Below, piece by piece: positions 12,538 to 24,725 of a DNA stretch of 64,000 bases. The stretch spans positions 11,651,812-11,715,811 of the forward strand of contig NC_092675.1 in the NCBI RefSeq assembly GCF_964355755.1, written 5' to 3'. A program made the position numbers and the translations under genes. Position 1 is the first letter of the stretch. Each line of letters starts with the position of its first letter. Source of the DNA: Antedon mediterranea (taxonomy: Eukaryota > Animalia > Echinodermata). Under the pieces are notes generated by a model. That model saw only the letters and a program-made list of their open reading frames with translations, searched no databases and was not told where the DNA came from.

Positions 12538-13149
12538 ACTTTTTTTTTATTACATCATCATCATTTGCGTGGATAACCCGAGTGACGAGTCCAAATCTAG
12601 TTATTATTATTATTATTTTTCTTTCTGTACACTATTTTCTGTAACAATTATCTCAAAAAGTTAAATGTCAATGATCACAACAATTTCATAATATCTTTCA
12701 AACAACTAACTAAACTTAATCTTAGTAAGCTTTTCAGCGTAATCACTCTTCTGTGACGTCATTTATACACCATTTTGTAAAATCACATTATATCAATCAT
12801 ATCTCCATAACTTGTCATAAAATATCAATAAAATTCATTATAAGTAAACTTCAGGTGAAGGGTAAAAATATTAGCAAAAAAAAACAAACCTATGCGTTCC
12901 AAGGTCATGAGCATGAAATTTCACACTAAAAATTTAAAAAGAGAGCATGAATGTTTTGTATAAATCTTATTCTGCTCACAATCCTTAGTACATTCACTGA
13001 ATTTGAGTCCGTTCCGACCTAAAATAACGCTATACGAGCACATTAAAAATGACAAAATGCGCATTTTTAAAATGAAAATAATGCTTCAGGATGCACGATG
13101 ACGCCCAATTGTTTTAACTTATTCTGGAAGCCATTGAGTTGTAGATATA

Positions 13150-14516
13150 CTGGGGTAGCACTAACATTTCATTTTGTTAGCCTATTTGGCGAAAGTCAAA
13201 ATATTTTTTTTAGTCAAATCAGTTTATCTATAGCCAAAATGGCTAAAGTCCAATTTTGTTATTTAGCCAAATCAATCGGTCATTAGCCAAAATTAAAAAT
13301 TGTAGTTCATATAATGGTAAAAACATTTTAGTTAATTTATCTATGTCAATAGGTCTATTATACACTGTTCCCTGAACGTTTTTGTAAGGTATTTGGGGAG
13401 AGAGAGCCATGCCTAAATCACTGTATATATGATTTTAAAAAATAATTGTTGTTGTATTATATGATCAAAACAATTGTTCAAATTGTTTTGAATCATACAG
13501 CATTCATACAGTTATCAATTTAATAAGAAACATTTTACAGTTTTCTGAAATCCCCTGAACGCTATGTTATTTTTGTTTTTTTTACGCTTGGCTGGTGGCT
13601 TCCATACGACGCGAAAATCGTGTCCTAAGACTTTCACGATCACCCACCGTCACAGCCGCGCAGCGGGTGAATGTTTTTAAATTGGATATGTTCAAGGGGT
13701 GCGAAAGTGCAGTAGCGCAGGCTTAGGCCTACAGTACGCCTACAAAATTATGTACGACGGTACGTCGTATATGCTAAAAATATTTCTAGCAAATGAACAC
13801 TCGTATCGTATCGAAAAAGTGTTTCTGTCGGGGGAGAAATTTATACCATCTCGGCCCGATTATTTATTACCCAACACAGAAGCCGGCGACCGGCCTTGCT
13901 GTTTATATAGTCCACAATAAATGCACGTGTGTGTTTAGCTAAATCCCCGTTAGACTCTACCATTTCCCGAATGTTGTTTTTATAATAAGGGTCAAATATG
14001 AAACTACATTATTGGAGCCTAAAATGCATAATGCATAATTATTGATTTCGATAAGATCATTCATTGAAGATAATATGTTTCTTTTGAATCTGAAAAGTAC
14101 ACCCCTATCGAAAAATAGACAATCCCGGTAAATAGCCGACCGTCGGCTGTCGAGTCGTCGATCGTTTGTGCAGCGCAACGCGTGATAGTTTGGGTAGACT
14201 CTATCATCCATGTGTCGTGTAATGTCTGTCTCTCTGTGCAGTATACCTCCATCATATTGAAATAACAAAGAGACGCCTGGTACAACGAAACAAGTTGACG
14301 AAAATGGAGCTTGAAGTAAACAACATTATAACGAACAAAATAAAGATCGACAAATGGACCTTTTAGTTGGACTTTATGCTTTCGCCAAAATGATTATTTG
14401 ATTATCTATTTTATCATATGTCATCGCCAAAATGGCTAAAATAGCCGTTTTATTTTTCGCCAATCTGAAAATGTTTTCGCCCATGGCGACTTGCCGATCG
14501 GCCAGTGCGAGCCCAG
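13150..14516. mobile_element. non-autonomous TIR element inserted in the HINE
   Basis: TIR CTGGGGTAGCACT / AGTGCGAGCCCAG; flanked by ATATA on both sides; the paralogous HINE copy at ~33945 is uninterrupted (gtagatatgaattcatg). Confidence 0.75.
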
Positions 14517-14879
14517 ATATAAATTCATGTAAACATTTGACGTAAAAAATGTTGTGACGTCATCAAATGGCCACTTGAATTTAAAAATTAGGATTAATTA
14601 ATTAATTAATTATTTTTTGTAGGTTTAACATTAAAAAGCGCACATCTCCATTATTTGAGCCCGATTTGTGCTCAAATTTCAGTGTGTACTTGTTCAATTA
14701 ATTGTCTTTCTCATGAGTTGCCAGCGTTTGATTTTGATGACGTTATCACGCGTAAAATAACGTAGGTCATGTATTTTCACCTTCAGTGTATATTTTAATA
14801 TCTCGCAGCTCTTGGCGAAATCAAATATATAAAGATTGCGGTACACCACGTGTATTAGTTCTGAAAAGAACTGTTGAGT

Positions 14880-14925
14880 TTCTTGACGTTTCGATCAATA
14901 TGCTTTGATCGTCCTCAGGATTGAG
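14880..14925 (-). ncRNA. minimal hammerhead ribozyme in a Penelope pLTR remnant
   Basis: Minus strand CUGAGGA-c-gaucaa(agcaua)uugauc-GAAAC-GUC: intact core, perfect 6-bp stem II, palindromic stem III; stem I imperfect. Confidence 0.7.
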
Positions 14926-15474
14926 AATGTCACTATAGATATGAATTCATATTCAAATTGTGCCTATCGGATGTTGTGACATTATCATGGCCAGTTGAAG
15001 TTAAAAAGTAGTTTTTTCATTTCTATAATAAGCCATACAAATATCAAAGAGCACGCACTGCGCTTCTACGTGCCAAATTTTCTTCAAATTCTTATATTTA
15101 TTTGCTCAGTTCATTATCTTTCGATATTGTCATCTTCAAGTTTATTTTGATAATGGCATCATACCAAAAAATTAGAACATGATGTGTGTCCCGTAATTTC
15201 ACCAATGCTACACTGTATATAGATATACAGTATATACTCTACATTATATGGCATCTAATATGCACAACTCGGCACTATAAGCATGGCATACATCAACATT
15301 TTCCGGCCGTATGTTAACGTACGTTCGTGTTTAAAAAAAATTAATTTCAGTAAAATTATAAAAATGATCACCTATAATTGGTCAAAGTGAGAAATTAAAT
15401 TCTAGTTGTATATTATATGTCTATCTAGCAAAATTTAGTTAAAAGTACAGATTTTGACAAGCGAGTCATTAAAA

Positions 15475-15700
15475 ATGGCCGAGCGGTTAAGGCAGTAGCG
15501 GCATTTACCGTACCGTAAGAGCCAATGATATCGGTGGTGGAAGTCTCCTCATATAAGGAATGTAAACCGTAGGTTCAGTGTACTCTTTATTTAAATTCAA
15601 GACGAGTAGGGGTTACCCCGGTGAACAAAGCAAAAATAGCCGATGTGTCAGGAGGATTACCAACTCTCTGATAGGAATATGCTAATCCTTTGCTATGTGC
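15475..15700 (+). mobile_element. tRNA-derived Deu/Nin-domain SINE (internally deleted)
   Basis: A-box TGGCCGAGCGGTTAAGG, then taaaccgtagg...gacgagtaggggttaccccggtg; homologous to 535-735. Confidence 0.65.
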
Positions 15701-15707
15701 CTATTAA

Positions 15708-16490
15708 AATTTTGACTGCCAAACGCAGAGATCTCCGTGTTTGGAAAGCAACGCTTGACCGCCAAATACGGAGATCTCTGTGTTTCGGTGTATTTTACTA
15801 TTTGAACTACTCTGGTTACAAATGACTGTCAAAGCGGTACCTTCGAAACATCAACATACCCATCAAACATACCCATCAAACAAGCAGTGCGTAGAGCGAT
15901 GGCACGTCATGTATCGGCAGCGCTAGCTAGGCCAAATCATTTGTAAAGGTTTTTGTGGATTGGCATGTTTGTTATCTGAATTTTAAAAAGTTATCGAGTT
16001 TCACACACAACGGACTTGTTTGGAAATGGTATGGATATTGTCAGTTTACTGTAGGGTTAGCCTAGTCACACAATGATTCAGACTAACTTTAGGCCTTGTT
16101 CTTTACCTTGTGGATTTGACCTAAGATTTATGATTTATAAAATTTAATAAATGTTTAGATAGTGATAACTTGTTTTTATAGGTCTATCGATGTCGTGTAA
16201 GTATTAGTAACGTTTACTTCGGTTGTTGATCTCACCGAGCGACATTTCCGTTTGGGATTTCTTGCACAAAATCGAAAAGCTAAAAAAGTCAGGGTTACTT
16301 TTATTTTACTGTTACGATTTACATATTGTGATTTGAAAAACCTTCTTGGTACCATTGAAAAGCTAAAATCATCATAATTCTTTGAGTCTAAATTAAATAT
16401 CAATCAGTTCATATACATAGTTTCAATCAGTTTAGTAAGAATTCTGGTGGTGGCAGTTTCTAACGAGAAAAACCTCTGGCAGTCAAAGTG
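15708..16490. mobile_element. piggyBac-like MITE
   Basis: TTAA on both flanks (15704-07, 16491-94); imperfect TIR aattttgactgcca / tggcagtcaaagtg. Confidence 0.65.
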
Positions 16491-17603
16491 TTAAGACGTA
16501 AAATTAAAATTGTAAAAAATATGGACACATTACATTTTTTTATATATGACACACAATCGATGTGAATGAAAGAAAAGAAATGAAAGAATAGGAGAATTGG
16601 AGAAAAAATGTATATAAGTACATATAACACTTTATTAATAAAGAAGTGCATGATACAATCATACTGTATATATTATCACTGTATTCTGGTTTGAACATCA
16701 CATGTTATAGTAGGCCTGTTAAGTGACCCAATCCTTCAAATTGTGATAACATTCTGAAACTTTGCACAGTTATTCATTAGGGTGTCAAAAATATGAAATG
16801 GAAGGGTTGCACACAATTTGGTCAGAGGAAAGCCGGCATTTTGGATTTCAAAATGACGGACCCAAATTGTTCACTGTTCAGGTATATCTCTGCTAAATAG
16901 GCACCTAGAGTTCTGAATTTAGGTGCAAATTATATGGTAATGGAGTCACCAAACAAATTGGTATAACTAACATTATAATTGCATGTCGACCATTTTGGAT
17001 TTCAAAATGGCGGACTTCAAATTTTCACTTTTTAGGTATATCTCTGCTGAAGAGGCACCTAGAGTTCTGATTTTAGGTGCAAATTATATGGTAGTGGGGT
17101 CACCAAACATACTGGTATAACTAACATTTTGATTCCATGGCGGCCATGTTGGATTTCAAAATGGCGGATTTCAAATTTTCATTTTTCAGGTATATTTCTG
17201 CTAAAAAGGCACCTAGAGTTCTGATTTTAGGTGTAAATTATATGTTAATGGGGTCACCAAACTTATTGGTATAACTAACATTTTGATTGCATGGCGGCCA
17301 TTTTGGACTTCAAATTTTCACTTTTCAGGTATCTCTGCTAAAAAGGTACACAGAGTTCTGATTTTAGGTGCCAATTATATGGTAATGGGTAACCAAACAT
17401 ATTGGTATTTAACTGACATTTTTATTGCATGGCGGCCATTTTGAATTTCAAAATGGCGAACTCAAAATGTTTCAGTACGGTACCTACAGTTATAATTTTA
17501 GGTACAAAGTATAATATAGTATTGAGGTCAACAAACATATTAGTATAACGTCTTTGATTGCATGGCGGCCATTTTGAATGTAGCTCAACCTGTACTGGCT
17601 TTA

Positions 17604-17784
17604 AGGGTCTTTCACAGCTGTTCCGGCACGGTTCCGGTCCGGTGCCGGAAAATCCAATCGAACGCCAATGTTTCGTTTTCACGCGGCTACGCACATATCG
17701 ATTGGCGCATAGCCGCGTGAAAACGAAACATTGATGTTCGATTCACCGGACCGGAACCGTGCCGGAACAGGTGTGAAAGACCCT
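17604..17784. mobile_element. PIF/Harbinger (Tourist-like) palindromic MITE, 181 bp
   Basis: TIR AGGGTCTTTCACA / TGTGAAAGACCCT, TTA TSD; nearly the whole element folds back. Confidence 0.8.
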
Positions 17785-18023
17785 TTACACTATTTGTTTA
17801 TGTTCATAATTACCGTACATGCATTTAACACGGACACTTATTGTAGATCACATTTTCCCTCATGAATATTCTCATGAATATTTATGATTATTTTTACCCT
17901 TAAGTTTTACCCTTAAATTAAGTGTTTTCCTTAGGTAAGTGAATCCCTTAACTCATTTGTGAATACCCCTTAAGTGTTTCCCTTTGTTAAGGGAATTCTT
18001 AAATTTTAAGGGTAAGTATTTCC

Positions 18024-19125
18024 GGGTGTCACGAAACCTAAGACCACGAAAGCTAAGACCCCCTAAGACCTAAGATCATGAAAGCTAAGACCCAAGACCT
18101 AAGATTACAAATATTTATCTTTCGCACCTGCCTTGTATTTTAACTCCCAACATTTATTCTGAATACCGCACCTTAGAATTGGCACTTTCATGAAAAAGAA
18201 TCACATAAAAAGTAACAAATACATTTTTAAATTGATGATTTTACAGACGTTTTTCTCGCACACAAAATGACTAGCCTACAGTACACTAGTAGTAGTATAC
18301 TGTAATGTAACTCCTCGAGCTCCCCATGCTCAATGTTTTTGTTTCTATGGAACGTCAAAAGAGCAAAAATTATATAGAGGGCTGAAAACTCTGTTGGAGC
18401 TATCCATCTACAGTGTGGATGGAACAATGTAAAATTAAAATTGTAATGATAATAGTATAATCATGCAAGTACGAAGAAATAAATACTGGCAAATAAATTT
18501 TAACTTAAAAATCATGATAAGTTTTTTTGTTTCGTTTTCTTTCTGTTTTTATACTTGTACTATTATTGTTGCTCTTTTGGCGCTCCATAGAAACAAAAAC
18601 ATTGAGCATGGGGAGCTCGAGGAGTTACATTACAGTATACAAAGAAACGTCTGTAAAATCATAAATTTAAAGGATTTATTTATTTGTTATTATGTGTTTC
18701 TCCTTCTGAAAGTACTTATAAGTCCTAATTTTAAAGTGTGGTATTCAGGATAAAGTTAGTCAACAAATTTGGAGTCAAAATACAAGAAAGGCAGGTGCGT
18801 AAGAAAAACATCCTCTGAACCAACACATTGGAGTAAATATATACCAACAAACAACCCGTCAAGTTTGTTTGTTGTAAAGAAAAAATATACATTTACTCAA
18901 CGGGCGAAAATAATGTGAGTTTATCTATGTTTTGCGGTAGTATTAAATTATATTTATGGTAATAAATGAAACCTACTGTGTTTAAAATTATGTATGGATA
19001 AACAAGTATTGTTTTTAAGCTGTAGTATATCTTAGAATTTGTAATCTTAGGTCTTGGGTCTTAGCTTTCGTGATCTTAGGTCTTAGAGGGTCTTAGCTTT
19101 CGTGGTCTTAGGTTTCGTGACACCC
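18024..19125. mobile_element. Mutator-like non-autonomous element with an internal foldback
   Basis: ~90-bp TIR GGGTGTCACGAAACCTAAGACC...; exact 10-bp TSD AAGTATTTCC (18014-23, 19126-35); internal inverted arms 18118-18365 / 18568-18805. Confidence 0.85.
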
Positions 19126-19212
19126 AAGTATTTCCCTTAGCCTAAGTGAGATTGGTGAATACGGCCACAGTCTCCCAAAGACCCAAACCAGTCTGTATAT
19201 ATACAACCGCTG

Positions 19213-19915
19213 ATGCCATGTAACATAGAAGAGGCAGATGAACGTATGTTTGTTCATGTTAAACATGCTGCTAAAATGTTTCCGCGCATTCTTGTCAAGA
19301 CTGTAGACAGTGATGTTGTTGTTATTTCATTGTCAATTTTCCACAGAATACCTGGCATCCACGAGCTTTGGATCGAGTTTGGAGTGGGGAAGCACTTGAA
19401 GTATATCTCAATACACAAGATTACTTCTCTTGGATCACAAGCATCAGCCGCTTACTTGTTCTTTCATTCCTTTAGCAGTTGTGATACAACTTCATCTGTT
19501 CAAGGAAAGGAATGTGAGACGATATCATTGTCTGTAGGGGATGTTAGTGACACAGATTATCTAGAACAGTTTGTTGTAACTATGTAGAAAGAAGGTAAAT
19601 GATGCAAGACGATATCTTTTTACTACAGACTATTGAAAATATCTCCCCAACATCTGCGGCATTAAGAGAACATGTGAAACGGTCTGTTCTACAAGCCAGA
19701 AAGTGGTACAACTGTCTAGATGCATTCAGGGTTGAACAGGACCCAGCAAACTGGGGATGGAGGAAGCACGGCAACAAATTTAGTCAAGTTTGGAGTTCAT
19801 TGCCGGAACTTTCAGATGTCACAAATTAGGTTTTAATTCGCTGTGACACACCGACTGTGATCTTGGACACTGTAAATGCAGAAAGAGTGATTATGATGTA
19901 CAGAGCTGTGTGGTT
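19213..19915 (+). pseudogene. Academ XPG-like nuclease / Cys-rich C-terminal fragment
   Basis: EEADERMFVH...TVDSDVVV...LWIEFGVGK...FFHSFSSCDTTS; PTSAALREHVKR...DPANWGW; broken frames. Confidence 0.8.
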
Positions 19916-20933
19916 ACCAGGTTTGAGCTACATTCAAAATGCCCGCCATGCAATCAAAGACGTTATACCAATATGTTTGTTGACCTCAATACCATATTAT
20001 ACTTTGTACCTAAAATTATAACTGTAGGTACCGTACTGAACCATTTTGAGCTTGCCATGGCCGCCATGCAATCAAAATGTTAGTTAAATACCAATATATT
20101 TGGTGACCCATTACCATATAATTTGCACCTAAAATCAGAGCACTGTGTACCTTTTTAGCAGAGATATACCTGAAAAGTGAAAATTTGGGGTCCGCCATTT
20201 TGAAATGTTAGTTAGTTATACCAATATGTTTGGTGACCCCATTACCATAATTATAATTTGCACCTAACATCAAAATTCTAGGTGCCTTTTTAGCAGAGAT
20301 ATACCTGAAAAGTGAAAATTTGAAGTCCGCCATTTTGAAATCCAACATGGCCGCCATGCAATCAAATGTTAATTATACCAATATGTTTGGTGACCCCACT
20401 ACCATATATTTTGCATTTAAAATCAGAACTCTAGGTGCCTCTTTAGCAGAGATATACCTGACATTGACAAGTGAAAATTTGAGGTCCGCCATTTTGAAAT
20501 TCAAAATGGCGGCTTTCCCCTGACCAAATTTTGTGCAACCCTTCCATTTCATATTTTTGACACCCTAATGAATAACTGTGCAAAGTTTCAAAATGTTATC
20601 ACAATTTGAAGGATTTGCCTAAAATATGCACCTTAACATGCCTACTTACAACAGTCGTTTACTGTGAGCAATTCATATAAATCCATATACAGATTTCATT
20701 GAAGTCCTTGTAATTTATAATGGATAAATATAAGGCTAGGAAAAAATGGTAAAAAATGACTGACAATAATATCAACATCTTTACAACATTTTGGTGAAAG
20801 AGTGATTTTGTGATGGGTGACATTACTAGCATCCTAACCAGACATTGTTTTAGGCATTGTCAAACCAATATGTGACCTTGCAAAGGAACTACATTACTTT
20901 TATTTATAAATCATTTAAAAAAAAAAAATATAG

Positions 20934-21187
20934 GTGGAAGAAGGAGGAAAAGGGGTGGTAACACTAAAGAAGAAACAAATGTCAACACAGAGAAAAGGCA
21001 AGATACTAAAAAAACGGACAATAATCAAGACATTGAAGAAGAAAAATTAACCTATGAAATGAACCGGTTTACATCAGTAGTGTCAGTTAATGGTGAGGGA
21101 GATCAGTATCAAAAATCTGTATGTTTTGATCCACATGGTATGTTCATTTACACTGCTGGCACGGATGGCAAAATCAGAAAATGGACG
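20934..21187 (+). CDS. PREB: PREB/Sec12 coding exon (basic linker + first WD40)
   Basis: tag| GGRRRKRGG...YQKSVCFDPHGMFIYTAGTDGKIRKWT |gtaag, like PREB LQKVVCF...ATGGTDGYVRVW; phase 1 in, phase 0 out. Confidence 0.9.
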
Positions 21188-21214
21188 GTAAGTACAGTAT
21201 TATAAAAATGAATA

Positions 21215-21636
21215 TTATGACTAGAATGGTGAGAATACTTCATGAGTTGAAAAATGTACTGCTCTATTTTGAACGAGGCGGAGCCAAGTTGAAAATAAAG
21301 CAGTCAATTTTTCATGGAGTATTCTCTCCATTCAACTAATACAAAACATTCATTATTTGTTTTATACCACACATACTTTTATTCAATTAAATTCAATTCA
21401 TGATAAATCATCGACGAATGCAAGGCCTGGAGTAGAACAGTTCTCAAGCTCAAAACAATTTCCTAAAACGCGATCAGTCAACAACGTCATAATTCTCAAA
21501 ATGTTTACAAAAAGCTGAACATGTATTGTTTTGATTATTACCATTATATATCACTTTTCCGTTGGGTAGGGCTAATTTGAAATGACACGTGATGCATAAA
21601 GTAACAAATAAAACTGCAAGAATCAGCTGTGTTATA
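21215..21636. mobile_element. possible Crypton-like non-autonomous element
   Basis: Imperfect hairpin gaatggtgagaatacttcatg...gaggcggagccaag...catggagtattctctccattc centred on a GAGGCGxAGCC motif. Confidence 0.4.
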
Positions 21637-22184
21637 AAGTTTTATAACCTTTGTTAGTGTATATTCTATTATTACCTGAGATTTACTCTTGGTAACAAAT
21701 TCTTTCTTCACATGGATATTGAAATGTATGGTAACAGATAACATAACTAATAAAAGTATTATTTATTCAAAAAAGATTACAAATTATGTTTCTAATAAAT
21801 AGTTTGTGATTATCGAGCCATAATAATAAATGAAAACTTGTATAGCACCAATGTGCATTAGCAACGTATTATAATAATAATAATAAATAAATAGTTATTT
21901 AAAAATCAAAGCTATTAATCTACTGATAACTTGTAATTTTTACTTTTTATACATCATATTTAAAAAAATATATTTAAATTAATGCCAGTTTAGATTTTGC
22001 TTTTAAAATTTTAGAAATTTGTTTTTTATTTGGTATCTTTTCTTTTAATCGAGGCCTCATATAATTGTGCTGTGAATGTTTTTAACCCTTGATTGATATT
22101 ATGAATAAAGAAACTTAAACGTTGGATGCAAATTAAATTTGTGCTGTCATAGAAACAGTTATATTCTATGCTGTTGTTTTATAG

Positions 22185-22268
22185 TACCCAAATATGGTAT
22201 TGGAAACAACAATAGATGCACATGAAAACGAAATAGATGAAATTATGCTTAGTCCATTTGGTAATAGA
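22185..22268 (+). CDS. PREB: PREB/Sec12 coding exon
   Basis: tag| YPNMVLETTIDAHENEIDEIMLSPFGNR |gtaag, like PREB AHEGEIEDLALGPDG. Confidence 0.92.
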
Positions 22269-22409
22269 GTAAGTATTGTTTTATCTACTTTAGCATTCAA
22301 TAAGATTGTGAACATCCCATGCACAGAATTTTCATACAGTTATGTTGGTAGATACTCCATGTGCACAGCAATTGTAAAAAAAAAATACATGCAGTCAATC
22401 AACTGCCAT

Positions 22410-22522
22410 GATTCCTCATTCTATTCAAGAATAATGAGGATGCTCAGAACATATTGATCAAAACGTCAAGAAACTCAACAGTTTTTTTTCAGAACATGGT
22501 GTACTGCAAACATATATCAATA
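22410..22522 (+). mobile_element. Penelope pLTR remnant with a degenerate hammerhead
   Basis: atgaggatgctcagaacatattgatcaaaacgtcaagaaactcaacag, homologous to the reverse complement of 14830-14925; core mutated. Confidence 0.6.
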
Positions 22523-22861
22523 TAATGAATGTACTCCTCGCCTTACAATTAGCCAACCAAATCCTACACATTTGTGATGATTGTCTCTTACCATTAGATT
22601 ATTGTGATAAAGCATACTTCAGTAGTCATAATAAAATATATTAATCATTTAAATAATTATATATAATCATACTGTATATCCAAATAAATATGGTTGTGTG
22701 TTTGTTGACCTTCCTGTTTAGTTAGCCAATTTGACTAAATGGGCCAGCCATCTACTTCATTCACACATCTGAGCTGAGTTCAGCTTCAATTTTTATTACA
22801 TGGTATATGTCTACCATTGCTAATTATATATCAAATTCATTTGATTTTTTTTACTTTCAAG

Positions 22862-22983
22862 CTCATATCAATTTCAAAGGACTGTACTGCAAAAGTATGG
22901 AAACCCAAATCTGGTGAGCTGTTTGGTGAATTATTTTGGGATGTTAAGGTATCAGAAAAGACATACAGGTTTAGGTCTTGCAG
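22862..22983 (+). CDS. PREB: PREB/Sec12 coding exon
   Basis: aag| LISISKDCTAKVWKPKSGELFGELFWDVKVSEKTYRFRSC(R) |gtagg, like PREB YRYQACRF. Confidence 0.92.
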
Positions 22984-23871
22984 GTAGGCCTACAGTATTG
23001 TTTATTGGACTCTTTTTATTTAAATTTCAGGAAAATATGCATCTGGTTAAGTGTCAATACTTTTGCTCTCGGCTTTTTTGTCATTTGTGATTTTCATATT
23101 GCACTAAAATTATTAATACTGTAATAATAGTGCATGCATAGGTATCTAATAATAAACCTTTCAAAGATGTTTCCTAAATCAGTGAGATATTCCAAAGATT
23201 GACATTTTTTCACTTTAGGTATGGAAACAACGGTCACCTTTTCTAATCATTAAACAGTCCTTTTTCAAGTTTGTTATCAATCCAATTGGTTGATAAGGAT
23301 GACCAGCTTTGAGGTGATTAAGATTTTCAAGTCCGATGATGGTGGGCTGCAGGCAGGCAAAAACATGAACGAACATGACCAAAACCGGGGTCAAATGTTT
23401 AAAATGTGTGGTTCTATTATCTCGACAACCACTTGTCGTACAGATTTGCTTTTGGTATCAAATTGTTCAGAATATACATATTTATATTCGGTCTAAAACA
23501 CAACTTTTAGCGAAAAAATGACCAGAAATGCTTTTACTGACCTTTGACCCAAAAATGATCAAAAAACACATTTTTGGGTTAAATTATTCTTTAAAATGCC
23601 AATGGACAAACTGTATGCTATCAAATGAAAGCATACACAATATGCTACCCATTGCTACCCAACTTGTATTGACAATTTTTAATTATGAAGCTAATTGTAT
23701 GGAAAATGTGCATATTTTGATTACTTTTATACAAAAAATGAATATTTGCATCACACAAGCCACATTGAAAATTGTACACAACACATTGCTGGTTAACAAG
23801 CTTTGGTTGTCCTTTCTTTTGATTTTAAGATTTCACCTATCTTCCTACTAGTGAACACTGGCATGATTTCA

Positions 23872-24171
23872 TAGGCATCTATATATAAATTATGGTTAAT
23901 TCTGACATAGGCGAGCACAATGCAAAAACTTCGGTACAAATCTCCGCCATGGATACCTTATCTATCTCAGATATACCGCGAAACGTAGATTTGATAACAT
24001 TAGTTTTCACATCGACGCTATTGTTCCATATTTTTATCTTAGGAAGATATTATAAAGGGTTTTATAAGAAATTTTCTGATTTCAATCGATAAATTTTAAC
24101 TCTACGCGCGGTAGAAGTAATTTCCGGGTTCACAGTAAGGCGTGTCAATCACCTTGCAAGTTCCCTGCATG
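23872..24171 (+). repeat. interspersed repeat shared with 54505-54962
   Basis: Near-identical atggttaattctgacataggcgagcacaatg...caccttgcaa.ttccctgcatg. Confidence 0.8.
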
Positions 24172-24249
24172 TTTGGTTTCAACCTGGGAGTTGTAAAACA
24201 ACTCCCTGTATGCATCATCATGGCTGGGCATGAACACAATCTTGTCGTC

Positions 24250-24725
24250 AGCATATCTTCGATAGAAAGATGGCATCTTCAATGGTTCTTTCAATGTTGC
24301 ACATAAATATGTTGGCCATTAGTGGTCCTAGTCGAGAACCCATGGCTACACCATCGACTTGTTTGTATAGGTCAGCGTCATATTGAAAAATTTGATTTTT
24401 TGTGGCAATTCGACAGACCGTATTGCACATTCAACCAATCCTTCCCAAATGCTTTGTCAGCCAGGGTATTGATAGTTTCATCCAAGGGAACATTTTTTTT
24501 AAAAGTGAGACATCATCATATGAAACTAGAACTTATGGATGTTGAGCGAATTTCTTTAGCAAAATAAAAATATCAGAGATGGTAAAGTCATTGCTTGCTA
24601 ATGGTTTCAGTTTTTCATCCAACCACTGTGCTAATTTATATTTATATGTACCCGTTGCTGATAATATAGGCCTTACAGATAAAGATTCTTTGTGTGTTTT
24701 TGGGAGACCATATATATTGGGTGAG
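24250..24725 (-). mobile_element. Penelope-like element reverse-transcriptase fragment
   Basis: IYGLPKTHK...VRPILSATGTYKYKLAQWL and YKQVDGVAMGSRLGPLMANIFM motifs, frameshifted. Confidence 0.88.

Larger units (their letters stand above)
12560..15406 (+). mobile_element. Helentron-associated (HINE/DINE-1-like) element, family 2, preceded by a family-1 3' end
   Basis: Long colinear similarity to 33270-34745; 3' end aaaatgatcacct (subTIR) ... CTAGT at 15402-15406. Confidence 0.7.
16709..20646. mobile_element. Academ (AcademX-like) transposon remnant with ~0.7-0.9-kb TIRs containing 154-bp tandem units
   Basis: 16709-17597 mirrors 19915-20646; AGTAGG/CCTACT ends; internal XPG-like nuclease fragment. 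Confidence 0.85.

Noticed and set aside
15475-15500. tRNA gene
   Set aside because: Only an A-box; no cloverleaf or B-box; followed by SINE body
22269-22457. Extensions of ORFs past PREB exons (also 25352-25404 and 27436-27530)
   Set aside because: Intronic read-through beyond canonical splice sites; similarity to PREB stops at the junctions
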